DNA of 32,000 nucleotides from Candidatus Iainarchaeum sp. (GTDB taxonomy: Archaea > Iainarchaeota > Iainarchaeia > Iainarchaeales > VGJJ01), in NCBI GenBank assembly GCA_030688545.1, contig JAUYHT010000002.1:270001-302000 (forward strand), given 5' to 3'. Every line of letters starts with the position of its first letter. Positions within the stretch are counted from its first letter, which is position 1. Under the pieces are notes generated by a model. That model did no database searches, had not been told where the DNA came from, and was given only the letters and a program-made list of their open reading frames with translations. Shown piece after piece: positions 16,423 through 25,256 of the stretch. Position numbers and translations under genes: made by a program.

Positions 16423-16797
16423 GGTATTGTGTTTTTTCAGGTGAACGTCCTTGCTCACAATCTTGAGATTGCGCGTCTCGCTGAACACGACGAGCAGGGC
16501 ATCGGTATAGCTGATGCGATGCTCCTCTTTCTTTAGCACCGCATGACGAATACCCGCATTGGCAAAATCATCGATATTCCCTTCCAGAAAGACGCATTTC
16601 GATTTGACGAATTCGATTGGAGGCCTACACTCAAGGCCATTACGCAAAAGCGTGCTGGCCACCTCACTAATAACCGGCCCACACGTATAACATGGATCTC
16701 CACTATTCAAAACTTGCTGAACTTTTTCTCCCGAGGGGGTACCCAAGAAATATTCTATCCAGGTCGAGGTATCCAGCAGATATTTAATCCCGGTCAT
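16408..16797 (-). CDS. vapC: PIN-domain ribonuclease toxin VapC
   Basis: Acidic PIN residues in YLLDTS, ISEVAS, YTDALL and SKDVH. Overlaps the upstream antitoxin gene. Confidence 0.85.
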   Translation of the reverse strand: MTGIKYLLDTSTWIEYFLGTPSGEKVQQVLNSGDPCYTCGPVISEVASTLLRNGLECRPPIEFVKSKCVFLEGNIDDFANAGIRHAVLKKEEHRISYTDALLVVFSETRNLKIVSKDVHLKKHNTLFLH

Positions 16798-16984
16798 GCC
16801 ACCGATCATCCTCAGTAAGGACTATTTTTTTCCCATGAAACACACCGAACATGTCTTTTGGCAAGTGTTTTAATTCTGCCGAGACCACATCGCCGGCATT
16901 CACATTCAAGCGTTTGGCCTCTTCCGAAGGAATAGCCGCCATCAACGACCCGCCGACCCGCCTAATCTTCAATAGGACCCGCAT
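16784..16984 (-). CDS. vapB: AbrB/SpoVT-type antitoxin VapB
   Basis: RRVGGSLMAAIPSEEAKRLNVNAGDVV is a typical swapped-hairpin AbrB/MazE fold signature. 66 aa, directly upstream of vapC. Confidence 0.8.
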   Translation of the reverse strand: MRVLLKIRRVGGSLMAAIPSEEAKRLNVNAGDVVSAELKHLPKDMFGVFHGKKIVLTEDDRWHDRD

Positions 16985-17122
16985 ATTAAATCACCCATAT
17001 AATATGTTATATGCAATGTTATATAACTATAGGTTTGAGACCCTTCGCCATCCTTTGAAACGAAAAAAGGACCTCTCCTTATCTCCCGTAGCCTTATAAC
17101 ACGAATTTCCCCTTTTCCAACC

Positions 17123-18445
17123 ATGATACGCACGCATACTTGCGGCGAACTCCGGGGCGCCGATGCCGGGAAGGATGTTATCCTGGAGGGGTGGGTGGAT
17201 ACCTTCAGGGAAACGGGAAAAATTTCGTTCATCCTCCTCCGCGACCGCACGGGCATCACGCAGGTGTTTGTCAACAAAACCCTCACAGAAGCGCACGCGT
17301 CCACCCTCAAACCTGAAACAGTCATCCGTATCCGCGGAAAGGTAAACCAACGTCCCGACAACCAAATCCGTGCCGAGGAAAAGACGGGGGCGATTGAAGT
17401 GGAGGCAACGGCCATCGAGATCCTTAATCCGAGCGACGCACCATTGCCCATTGAAATGCGTGCCGATTCTACGACTCACTTGGACAAGCGCCTGGATTAC
17501 CGCTTTCTTGATCTGCGACGGAAGAATGTCCAGGCTATTTTTCGCATCCGGAGTCAGGTTTCGGCAGTGACGCACACTTTTTTCATCGAGGAAGGATTCC
17601 TAAACATCCAGACGCCCAAATTGACGGCCTCAGGAGTAGAATCGGGAGCGGAAGAGTTCAAGCTGGATTATTTCGGAAAAACCGCTTCCCTGGCCCAGAG
17701 CCCTCAGATTTACAAACAAATGTTCGTGGTTTCTGGATTGGAAAAGGTGTATGCCATCGAACCCATTTTCCGGGCGGAGAAATCCCACACCACGCGCCAC
17801 CTCACCGAATTCACGGGCATTGACTTCGAGATGGGATTCGTCTCAGAATTGGAGGATGTGATGAAAGTTGTTGAGAAATATCTCCAAACCCTCCTCACGC
17901 GTATTCAAAATGAGTGCGCGGAAGAATTGGAAACTTTGGGAGTGATGATAGATATTCCCCCAAAAATCCCCCGCCTTTCCTTACAGGATGCCCGCCAAAT
18001 ACTATCAGAAAAAGGAAAAACCATTCCCGAAGACGATGATCTGGATGCGGAAGGGGAGCGGTTGATAGGGGAATACGTGAAAGAAACATGGGGAAATGAT
18101 TTCGTTTTCATGCTCGATTACCCGTGGAAAAAAAGGCCCTTCTACCATATGCGCCCCCCGGATGATCCAAAAAGAACACTTTCTTTTGATGTCATTTACA
18201 AAGGCGTTGAAATAGGCACCGGGGCCCTGAGGGAACACCGCCTCCCCATTCTGGATGCCCAAGCCAAGGAGAAAGGCATTCCCCTGGACCAAATGACCTT
18301 CTACCGCGACCTATTCAAATATGGCGCCCCGCCCCATGGGGGAATAGGGTTAGGGTTGGATCGCATCATCAAGCAAATGCTCAACCTTACTAACGTGAAA
18401 GAAGCCATCCTCCTTCCCAGGGACCCCGAACGGCTGACTCCCTGA
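17123..18445 (+). CDS. aspS: Aspartyl-tRNA synthetase, archaeal/eukaryal type
   Basis: Class IIb motifs FRAEKSHTTRHLTEFTGIDFEM, GGIGLGLDRI and the C-terminal LPRDPERLTP. Confidence 0.93.
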   Translation: MIRTHTCGELRGADAGKDVILEGWVDTFRETGKISFILLRDRTGITQVFVNKTLTEAHASTLKPETVIRIRGKVNQRPDNQIRAEEKTGAIEVEATAIEILNPSDAPLPIEMRADSTTHLDKRLDYRFLDLRRKNVQAIFRIRSQVSAVTHTFFIEEGFLNIQTPKLTASGVESGAEEFKLDYFGKTASLAQSPQIYKQMFVVSGLEKVYAIEPIFRAEKSHTTRHLTEFTGIDFEMGFVSELEDVMKVVEKYLQTLLTRIQNECAEELETLGVMIDIPPKIPRLSLQDARQILSEKGKTIPEDDDLDAEGERLIGEYVKETWGNDFVFMLDYPWKKRPFYHMRPPDDPKRTLSFDVIYKGVEIGTGALREHRLPILDAQAKEKGIPLDQMTFYRDLFKYGAPPHGGIGLGLDRIIKQMLNLTNVKEAILLPRDPERLTP

Positions 18446-18510
18446 TTCGTAAGGAAACCTTCATCCTCCAAGCTCCACAGCACAAAATCTCTAAAAAAGA
18501 TTAGTTGGAC

Positions 18511-18762
18511 TTAATTGTAAACGTTTTCGCGCTTTCCTATTTTAATCACCAATATTTCAACTCTCTGCTTGCTAATATCCGCAATCACCCGATAATCGCC
18601 TACGCGCATTCGATAAAAATCCCTTCCTGTCAATTTGAAAAAAAATTGAAAAGGATTGACACGCGACCGTTCAAGGGCGGCCAAAATCCTTTCACGCGTT
18701 GGACGCTCCAATTTCTCAAGCTGCTTCAGACTCGTCGGAGAAAATTCAATGGCGTAAATCAT
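18511..18762 (-). CDS. relE: RelE/ParE-family mRNA interferase toxin
   Basis: 83 aa with ...YRMRVGDYRVIADISKQRVEILVIKIGKRENVY, a typical RelE C-terminal pattern. 4-nt overlap with the upstream antitoxin gene. Confidence 0.85.
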   Translation of the reverse strand: MIYAIEFSPTSLKQLEKLERPTRERILAALERSRVNPFQFFFKLTGRDFYRMRVGDYRVIADISKQRVEILVIKIGKRENVYN

Positions 18763-18986
18763 CTAAGATTCAGCCTTTTTTTTACTTCATCGTGAGGAAT
18801 ACCTTTTCCCTCTCGGAATTCCTTGCGGGATTGTTCGATTTCTTTGAGGGTTTCTTCGTTGACCATTTTATGATCTTCCACCAAATCCCAAATGACCCCT
18901 TCGTACGTGTCGCGATCATATATCTTGTATTTGTCAAGCTCATTCTTCAATTCCATACTTACTTGGATAGATGTTTTAGCTGCCAT
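18759..18986 (-). CDS. Antitoxin partner of RelE (archaeal RelB-like)
   Basis: 75-aa acidic helical protein translationally coupled to relE. A TTTAAA box lies about 25-30 nt upstream on the minus strand. Confidence 0.7.
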   Translation of the reverse strand: MAAKTSIQVSMELKNELDKYKIYDRDTYEGVIWDLVEDHKMVNEETLKEIEQSRKEFREGKGIPHDEVKKRLNLR

Positions 18987-19245
18987 AGTACACTATAGAG
19001 CATTATAGTTTAAATACCTTTTTGTAAAAGCGATTCCGTGGAGATTCCTTTTTAACAAGAAAAGACTCTACATCTGCATATGCGCACCTTAATCGAATTC
19101 AGACAATCGGGTTTCCCGTCAGTCTTAGGTGTACGCATCACCTCCAATCGCCGCTGATTCTCCCCTCTCTCGGGCACCTGGATGTCCGCCGGAGGCCAAC
19201 ATTATAAGTCCCATTGACCCAAAACCGCGCATGGAGTGAACCCAC

Positions 19246-20541
19246 ATGAAACGAACCCTCATCAAGGATGTATTGGAAAAAGACTTGTCCGAAGCCCACC
19301 TCTGGGGCTGGATCAAACGCAAACGCGACTTCAAAGGCACCCTCATCTGGGTGATACGCGACGGAAGCGGGGAGATGCAATGCGTGCTCTCCTCAGGTGA
19401 TATTACTGACAAAAAAGCGTATGCCAGCGCGCGCAAGGCCCTCATGGAGAGCTCGGTGAAAGTGTATGGAATAGTAAAAAAAGAACCCCGTGCCCCCGGA
19501 GGAAAAGAGGTGCACGTGACGAAAGTGGAAGTATTGCACGCAGGAGAGGAATTTCCCATTGGAAAGGATTTATCCGAGGAATTCCTTTTGGACGTGCGCC
19601 ATCTCTGGCTGCGCTCCACCAAGATGCAGCAGGGGATGAAGGCCTCCGCCCTGGTGTTTGAAGCCTTCCACGATTTCTGCAAGAAAGATGGTTACTTGGA
19701 GGTGCAATGCCCCATGTTCGTTTCCGGAGCCGTGGAAGGGGGCTCGGAATTATTCGAAGTGGACTACTTTGGGAAAAAAGCCTACCTCACCCAATCCTCG
19801 CAGTTCTATCTGGAAGTCTATGCGCACGCCCTGGAAAAAGTGTATACTGTCGCCCCTTCCTTCCGCGCCGAACCCTCACGTACCAGAAGGCACCTCACGG
19901 AATTCTGGCACGCCGAATGGGAAACCGCCTTTTCGGATCTGGAAGACCTCATGGCCTGGGAAGAGCGCATGATCAAACACGTGGCCAAGTACGTATTGGA
20001 AAAGGGCCAGGAACAACTCGCTTACTTCGGAAGGGACCCTAAAACGTTGGAAAAGGTGATCAAAAGCAAATTCAAACACTTCACATATGATGAAGTCTTT
20101 GCCGTGGCGCAGAAAAAGTTCCCCGACCTCAAGTGGGGGGATGATTTGCAGGAGATGCACGAGCGGGAGATCACCAAGGATTTTGACATACCCATATTCG
20201 TGCACCACTATCCCACGGTACTCAAGCCCTTCTACCACCGCCCCGACCCCAAACGAGGGGAAACCGTGCTATGCTGCGATGTCCTGGCCCCCGAAGGATA
20301 CGGGGAAATCATCGGGTCGGGCGAACGATGTTGGAAATATGATGAACTGGTGGGACGCATGAAAGCCGCCGGGCTCAAAGAAAAAGACTACCAATGGTAC
20401 GTTGATCTTCGGAAATACGGAAGCGTCCCCCACACGGGTGGAGGGTTAGGACTATCCCGCTTCACCATGTGGCTGTTCAAAATAGACCACATCCGGGATA
20501 CCGTGGGGTTTCCGCGGACGATGAGTCGGATTGCGCCGTGA
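19246..20541 (+). CDS. asnS: Asparaginyl-tRNA synthetase
   Basis: FRAEPSRTRRHLTEFWHAEWE, LAPEGYGEIIGSGER, YGSVPHTGGGLGLSR and IDHIRDTVGFPR match the AsnRS pattern rather than AspRS. Confidence 0.9.
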   Translation: MKRTLIKDVLEKDLSEAHLWGWIKRKRDFKGTLIWVIRDGSGEMQCVLSSGDITDKKAYASARKALMESSVKVYGIVKKEPRAPGGKEVHVTKVEVLHAGEEFPIGKDLSEEFLLDVRHLWLRSTKMQQGMKASALVFEAFHDFCKKDGYLEVQCPMFVSGAVEGGSELFEVDYFGKKAYLTQSSQFYLEVYAHALEKVYTVAPSFRAEPSRTRRHLTEFWHAEWETAFSDLEDLMAWEERMIKHVAKYVLEKGQEQLAYFGRDPKTLEKVIKSKFKHFTYDEVFAVAQKKFPDLKWGDDLQEMHEREITKDFDIPIFVHHYPTVLKPFYHRPDPKRGETVLCCDVLAPEGYGEIIGSGERCWKYDELVGRMKAAGLKEKDYQWYVDLRKYGSVPHTGGGLGLSRFTMWLFKIDHIRDTVGFPRTMSRIAP

Positions 20542-20571
20542 GAAAAAATTAATTTGCTTTTATCAACATCA

Positions 20572-21111
20572 TTAGATATTGACTACTATCGGCCCACTGA
20601 AAGCACATCCATTTGAATTGCAAGCTTTGATGAAAACTGAAAAATTGGCTCCAGCATTGCTATTATCCGGAGAAGTTCCTGAACTACTTGCGTTTGTAAT
20701 GTCATGGGTCCAGAAAAGTGGATGTCCAGCGTAAGTATCAAAATTATTGCTAGTAACTGGCACGCTTCCTCCTCGCCAAATCTTTACCTGGTTTGTCCAA
20801 GCCCCAGTAGCAAAACCATTAATCGACCAATCAAAATTAATTGCTGCTGGATCAGACCCATTATTGCTAGCGGAAAAAGTGGCAATAGTGGGCGCACTCC
20901 CACCGCCCCCGCCACCCGAATTTAATCCCACGTGCTGGGTGTAATCATCCAGGTTGTGCTGAACAATATCATTGGTGGAGCCGGAGGTCGTGATGATGAT
21001 GAGCAGGACAATAGTGGCGATGAGCACCGCTCCCCCGATGAGGAGGAGGTATTCTAAGGCCCCCTGGCCTTTCCTGCGGGGCTTGGATTGGGGTTGGGGA
21101 TGGGTTGGCAT
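20572..21111 (-). CDS. Type IV pilin-like protein with class III signal peptide, Gly linker and a small beta-rich C-terminal domain
   Basis: N-terminus PRRKGQGALEYLLLIGGAVLIATIVLLIII (KGQ..LE then a hydrophobic helix), then GGGGGG, then an Ig/FN3-like Ser/Asn-rich domain with CNSNGC. Confidence 0.8.
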   Translation of the reverse strand: MPTHPQPQSKPRRKGQGALEYLLLIGGAVLIATIVLLIIITTSGSTNDIVQHNLDDYTQHVGLNSGGGGGGSAPTIATFSASNNGSDPAAINFDWSINGFATGAWTNQVKIWRGGSVPVTSNNFDTYAGHPLFWTHDITNASSSGTSPDNSNAGANFSVFIKACNSNGCAFSGPIVVNI

Positions 21112-21131
21112 GCTCTTTCCACCTTCTGCTC

Positions 21132-21138
21132 CTTTATA
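21132..21138 (-). promoter_or_regulatory. TATA-like box of the 179-aa pilin-like gene
   Basis: CTTTATAAG on the plus strand, centred about 24 nt upstream of the ATG at 21111. Confidence 0.35.
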
Positions 21139-21142
21139 AGCG

Positions 21143-22423
21143 TTATGGGGTTTGGTGGCGGATAATCAAAACGGGTGGCTGTGCCCCACTCGAATAGGAA
21201 TACCAGACCCGGTTCCCGGCCTCGCCAGAGGATGATAAACTGTTATTCGGGTCGAAATCCTCTCCCACCATGGTGAAATTAAGGGCATTCTCCCCGGGCA
21301 ATACAAAGGAGGGTCCGCTCGCCAGGTGAAAAAGTTCCAATCCAGGATTCAGGCTGGCAGGCGTGATATTCACATATGTTTTCCCGGACAATTGAGTGTT
21401 TAGCGGATCACTGAGAGGAAGCTCTTGAATTTCATCAATGGTCGTGCAAATAGTTATTGGAGCTGATGGAGGATCCTTGATGAAATAGATTGGGTCGCTG
21501 TTAGTTCCTTGGCGGTTTTGGGTCACCACGGGACTAGTTTGCTGGATGAGAAAATCTACTTCAAAGAGGGTTGCATTGGGGGGGATCCTATCGAAATCGA
21601 ATCGGGTGGAATAACCATAATCAAAAAGATATCCGCTGTTTGAACCATCGTCATTATACGCATCCGTCACAGTGGAAAACGTGACCGCGTTGGAAGTGGT
21701 TCCGAATCCGCACACCGATGCATTCTGTTCAGTCAAAAGAAGAGTATGCAATGTTCCGGAGCGGGCGATGGGCGTGTTGGGATTAGTTTGAGTGTACAAA
21801 AATTCGATATACATCGTCTGATGCCTATGCGTGGGGTTGCATTGGAAATTGCGGCAATACGCATACAATTTCAAATTCACCGTTTGGCCCAATTTGGAAA
21901 CCACATCCGTGTTGAAGCCAATCGTACCTTTGATCGACCCGTTGCTTGGTATTGTGATCGGGGAAAACGAGATAATATCTCCTGAATCGGCTGGAGTGCT
22001 TGAAAAATCGACCACCTGCCCTCCCAAAGTCAATTTCTCAACCCTGAAATCATCATCCGTGAAGGCAAAATCCACCAGGTCGAAATGGATTCGGACGGCA
22101 TCGAATTTTACATCTTGGGTGGGATGGGGATTGGTAATGGTAAAGCCCCCCACTGAATTAGCGCGTTGAAATTGAACCGGGTTAAGAGATGGCATCGTAC
22201 TCCAATCCACCACCAGAGAGCCAAATCCGGTTCCCCCGCCCCCTCCGCCGCCTCCAAAGTTGCCCTGGGGGAAATCGGAGAGGTTGTTCTGGAGAATATT
22301 CCCGGCGGCTGGAACATACGTCAGGATGAGGAGTAGCAGGATGGTCGCCGCCACCAAAATGGCGCCGGCGATGAGGAGGAGGTATTCCAGGGAACCCTGT
22401 CCCTTAGGAAGGGGAGAACGCAT
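21143..22423 (-). CDS. Type IV pilin-like protein with class III signal peptide, Gly8 linker and a large C-terminal region of unknown function
   Basis: MRSPLPKGQGSLEYLLLIAGAILVAATILLLLIL, then GGGGGGGG, then about 360 aa of beta-rich sequence I do not recognise. Confidence 0.8.
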   Translation of the reverse strand: MRSPLPKGQGSLEYLLLIAGAILVAATILLLLILTYVPAAGNILQNNLSDFPQGNFGGGGGGGGTGFGSLVVDWSTMPSLNPVQFQRANSVGGFTITNPHPTQDVKFDAVRIHFDLVDFAFTDDDFRVEKLTLGGQVVDFSSTPADSGDIISFSPITIPSNGSIKGTIGFNTDVVSKLGQTVNLKLYAYCRNFQCNPTHRHQTMYIEFLYTQTNPNTPIARSGTLHTLLLTEQNASVCGFGTTSNAVTFSTVTDAYNDDGSNSGYLFDYGYSTRFDFDRIPPNATLFEVDFLIQQTSPVVTQNRQGTNSDPIYFIKDPPSAPITICTTIDEIQELPLSDPLNTQLSGKTYVNITPASLNPGLELFHLASGPSFVLPGENALNFTMVGEDFDPNNSLSSSGEAGNRVWYSYSSGAQPPVLIIRHQTP

Positions 22424-22446
22424 GCACCCGGAAAAGCCCTTTTACT

Positions 22447-22454
22447 TTAAAAAG
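22447..22454 (-). promoter_or_regulatory. TATA-like box of the 426-aa pilin-like gene
   Basis: CTTTAAAAAG, centred about 27 nt upstream of the ATG at 22423. Confidence 0.35.
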
Positions 22455-22548
22455 ACCCGGTGAACACACCGTCACTTTCCAAATACCTAAGGAGGGATGG
22501 GGATCTTCCCAAATCGACTTTATAGAATATGGGTGGACCCACCCAAAC

Positions 22549-25041
22549 CTAACGGATATAGTATAGGGTGGTGATGGACTCGATTAAACTTTGTAACCGG
22601 TCCTCGGATATAGGGGCCGGGTAAAAATCCGCATCCATCCAGCGGGAAGCGAGGTCGTTGAAATGCGCGTTGCTGGGATCCTCGGAGTTGCCCAAGGGCA
22701 ATAAACTCCTGGAATTGTCCGGCTGGGATAAATCGACGAAAAGGGAGTAGGATTGGGTCAACTGCCCCCCTAACGTGCCGATATCGGGATTTTTCCATCC
22801 CGTGTACGTTTCGTCCTTCGAGGGGTCCAAGCTTCCAAAACCGAAGAAAACAGTATTGAAATATTCCACGGAATAGTTGGTCTGGTTGTTCATGATTTGA
22901 GAAGACCATTGGGATGGAGTATCCCCATACCCTTGTGGGGGCGGGAGAACGGTATTGTTCCAGGCATCGGATAGTTTTTTCTCCAAAAAAGCAATCTCCT
23001 CATTCTCGAAATCCTCCCCTTTTGTCATCACCAGTTTGGCGTGACGCAACCATGCGCGCATGCCGGGTTCCCCTCCTCCGTAAATATCTGTGATCCACTG
23101 CGAATCGGGAGGACGTAGGCGGCTCCTGAAATTGGAAACGAGGGCGAAATAGGGGTGAAATATAGAAGAATGGGCTCCCTCATTGTACCATTCTTCCAAA
23201 TGAGTAAGGGCACTCATTGCTTCTGGGGAAAATTGGATGGCCCCCGGACGTTCACGGATATAGAGAGCAATTTCGATGAGGTCGCGTCGGAAAATACTCA
23301 CGTCGTCGAAGTGGATGTCTAATACTTCAGAAGGAGTGAATTTAGCGGGGTGATTCTCTAAGAGAAGCTCGCGGAGGCGGTAGGAACGGGCCGTATCGCC
23401 TCCCCCGCCCCAGCCGGGGTTGTAGAAAATAGGATACCAGGCTCCAGCTGAAAGGTTGTTGGCGGAGAATAGAATGCCGCTGCTAGGGTTAATGACATGT
23501 GGGCGCAATGTATGAGGAATGAAACCCTGCCACAAGTACTGGGAATTACTCCCATCCTGCGCCACCATCCCCGCAAGAGGAGACAACGAGGAACGCGTGG
23601 GCACCGCGGCCAAATGCCAATAGCCAATATTACCCTGCGAATCCCCGAAAATAATATGCACCGCGGGACTCCGATATTTAGCCAACGCATCTCTAAATTG
23701 AAAAACGTCATCGGCGCGCATCATGGCAATGAGGGATTGAATCGTGTGAATATCTGAATCCACGAGGGGAACAGCCTGCAAAACATACTCCTCCCCCAAG
23801 GAAGCACTCACCATATCCGTCACCACCGGACCCAAAATAGTTTTCTTTACCGTGACGGTTTGGGGATTCCCATTCTTCACCAAAATAGTCTCGGTACGGG
23901 ACTCAATCGTATACGTTTGACCATCATATTCATACTGGTCCCCCCCCACCATCTTTAGTTTGAAAACATCACTCAAATCCCCACCCGCCGCAGTAACACC
24001 CCACGCCACGCGAGGATTAAACCCCACATAAATACCCGGCGCCCCCGGAATAGCCACTCCGCGAACATCAAAAGTAGCCCCCTTCACATGAATCTCATGA
24101 AATGGGGAGGGGGAGGTGACATCTAATTGGGGGGAAGACACCAGAATGGCGGCCCCGGTCGTGGAACGACTGCCCCCCACCACCCAAGCGTGGCTCATCT
24201 TGGGAACCTCAATAAGATTCGTAGAATAACCCCCGAAGGGAGGGTGTTGATTGGCATACGACCGCATCGCCTGAAGCGTGGACGAAGGAACATCACTCTG
24301 CTGCACCACCGCCCCATCACTATCCACATACGCCGTCGGCTCCATATCCGCTGCCGCCGCATCAACCGAACCCAATTCAACAACCTTCTGCTCAAACGTA
24401 TGAAGATTAGTCACCTCCGACGCATCCACCCCCACCCGAACAACCGAATCCCAAACCAACAACGAATCAACAGGAGTCCAAGGCTCAGGAACACTATTAA
24501 AAAGTTTGTGTAAGCTCGTTTTATGGGTCTCTATATACCAATTCACCCCATCCGCATACGCCTGAAGAAAATCCCTGGTCTCTACATCCAAATTAGGATA
24601 ACGCGCCGCCGCATAATCCGCAAACTGGAGGCGACGCATTTCCTTGTCCAAATTGATCGTAGCACCCTCATTCATATTCCCGTTCAACTCGGCCAACCGC
24701 CCCTTCATAACCATACGCGTCCGATGCATCTGATACAGACGATCCTCCGCAGCCGCATAACCCATCCCATAAAACGCCGAATAATCAGTAGCAGCAAACA
24801 CATGCGGAACCCCGAATTGGTCGCGAATAATTTTCAATTCGGTTCCGACAGGCCCCCCTAGGGGAAGGCCCAGAGGATCGTCCTGAATGGTGTCACCGGC
24901 CCGGGGGATGTAAATAAGTCCGACCGGGTCAATATGGCCGGACATGAGAAAGAGCATAATGGTCGCCGCCACTAATATGGCCCCGGCGATGAGGAGCAGG
25001 TATTCCAGGGAACCCTTTCCCCAGGAAGGAGGGGCATTCAT
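22549..25041 (-). CDS. Penicillin-acylase-family (Ntn hydrolase, S45) enzyme fused to a class III pilin-like signal peptide/anchor
   Basis: MNAPPSWGKGSLEYLLLIAGAILVAATIML, then the alpha-subunit signature IIRDQFGVPHVFAATDYSAFYGMGYAAAEDRLYQM. Beta-subunit nucleophile context KM-SHAWVVGGSRSTTGAAILVSSPQL (Ser codon 24193-24195). Start moved to ATG 25041 so that the signal peptide is N-terminal. Confidence 0.85.
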   Translation of the reverse strand: MNAPPSWGKGSLEYLLLIAGAILVAATIMLFLMSGHIDPVGLIYIPRAGDTIQDDPLGLPLGGPVGTELKIIRDQFGVPHVFAATDYSAFYGMGYAAAEDRLYQMHRTRMVMKGRLAELNGNMNEGATINLDKEMRRLQFADYAAARYPNLDVETRDFLQAYADGVNWYIETHKTSLHKLFNSVPEPWTPVDSLLVWDSVVRVGVDASEVTNLHTFEQKVVELGSVDAAAADMEPTAYVDSDGAVVQQSDVPSSTLQAMRSYANQHPPFGGYSTNLIEVPKMSHAWVVGGSRSTTGAAILVSSPQLDVTSPSPFHEIHVKGATFDVRGVAIPGAPGIYVGFNPRVAWGVTAAGGDLSDVFKLKMVGGDQYEYDGQTYTIESRTETILVKNGNPQTVTVKKTILGPVVTDMVSASLGEEYVLQAVPLVDSDIHTIQSLIAMMRADDVFQFRDALAKYRSPAVHIIFGDSQGNIGYWHLAAVPTRSSLSPLAGMVAQDGSNSQYLWQGFIPHTLRPHVINPSSGILFSANNLSAGAWYPIFYNPGWGGGGDTARSYRLRELLLENHPAKFTPSEVLDIHFDDVSIFRRDLIEIALYIRERPGAIQFSPEAMSALTHLEEWYNEGAHSSIFHPYFALVSNFRSRLRPPDSQWITDIYGGGEPGMRAWLRHAKLVMTKGEDFENEEIAFLEKKLSDAWNNTVLPPPQGYGDTPSQWSSQIMNNQTNYSVEYFNTVFFGFGSLDPSKDETYTGWKNPDIGTLGGQLTQSYSLFVDLSQPDNSRSLLPLGNSEDPSNAHFNDLASRWMDADFYPAPISEDRLQSLIESITTLYYIR

Positions 25042-25062
25042 GCGTTGTGGACCCCTTTTTTC

Positions 25063-25070
25063 TTTATAAA
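25063..25070 (-). promoter_or_regulatory. TATA-like box of the acylase gene
   Basis: TTTATAAA, centred about 25 nt upstream of the ATG at 25041. Confidence 0.35.
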
Positions 25071-25256
25071 TGCCCAGCGGCACCCTTTCACCCCCGTACC
25101 AGAATGGCTTTATTAATGGAAAATGGAATCTGTGTGTATTCAAGATTTGGGATAAATAGGCTCTCCTCACACCCGGCGCCCCCATAGGGGCGTCGGGACG
25201 CCTTTTCTTTTTATTCTGCACCCCCCATCTATCTTTCATAATCAGGAGGGGCACCC

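Noticed and set aside
17123-20541. Two class IIb synthetase genes close together, which could be read as duplicated aspS paralogues
   Set aside because: Motif comparison separates them cleanly: EFTGIDFEM with an RLTP end marks AspRS, while EFWHAEWE with YGSVPH..G.GLG.SR marks AsnRS. They are distinct enzymes, not a duplication.
25042-25254. Upstream 71-codon extension of the acylase ORF (tracked start 25254)
   Set aside because: It would bury the class III signal peptide internally. It contains the TATA-like box at 25063-25070, is basic and low-complexity, and overlaps the divergent promoter region. ATG 25041 is preferred.
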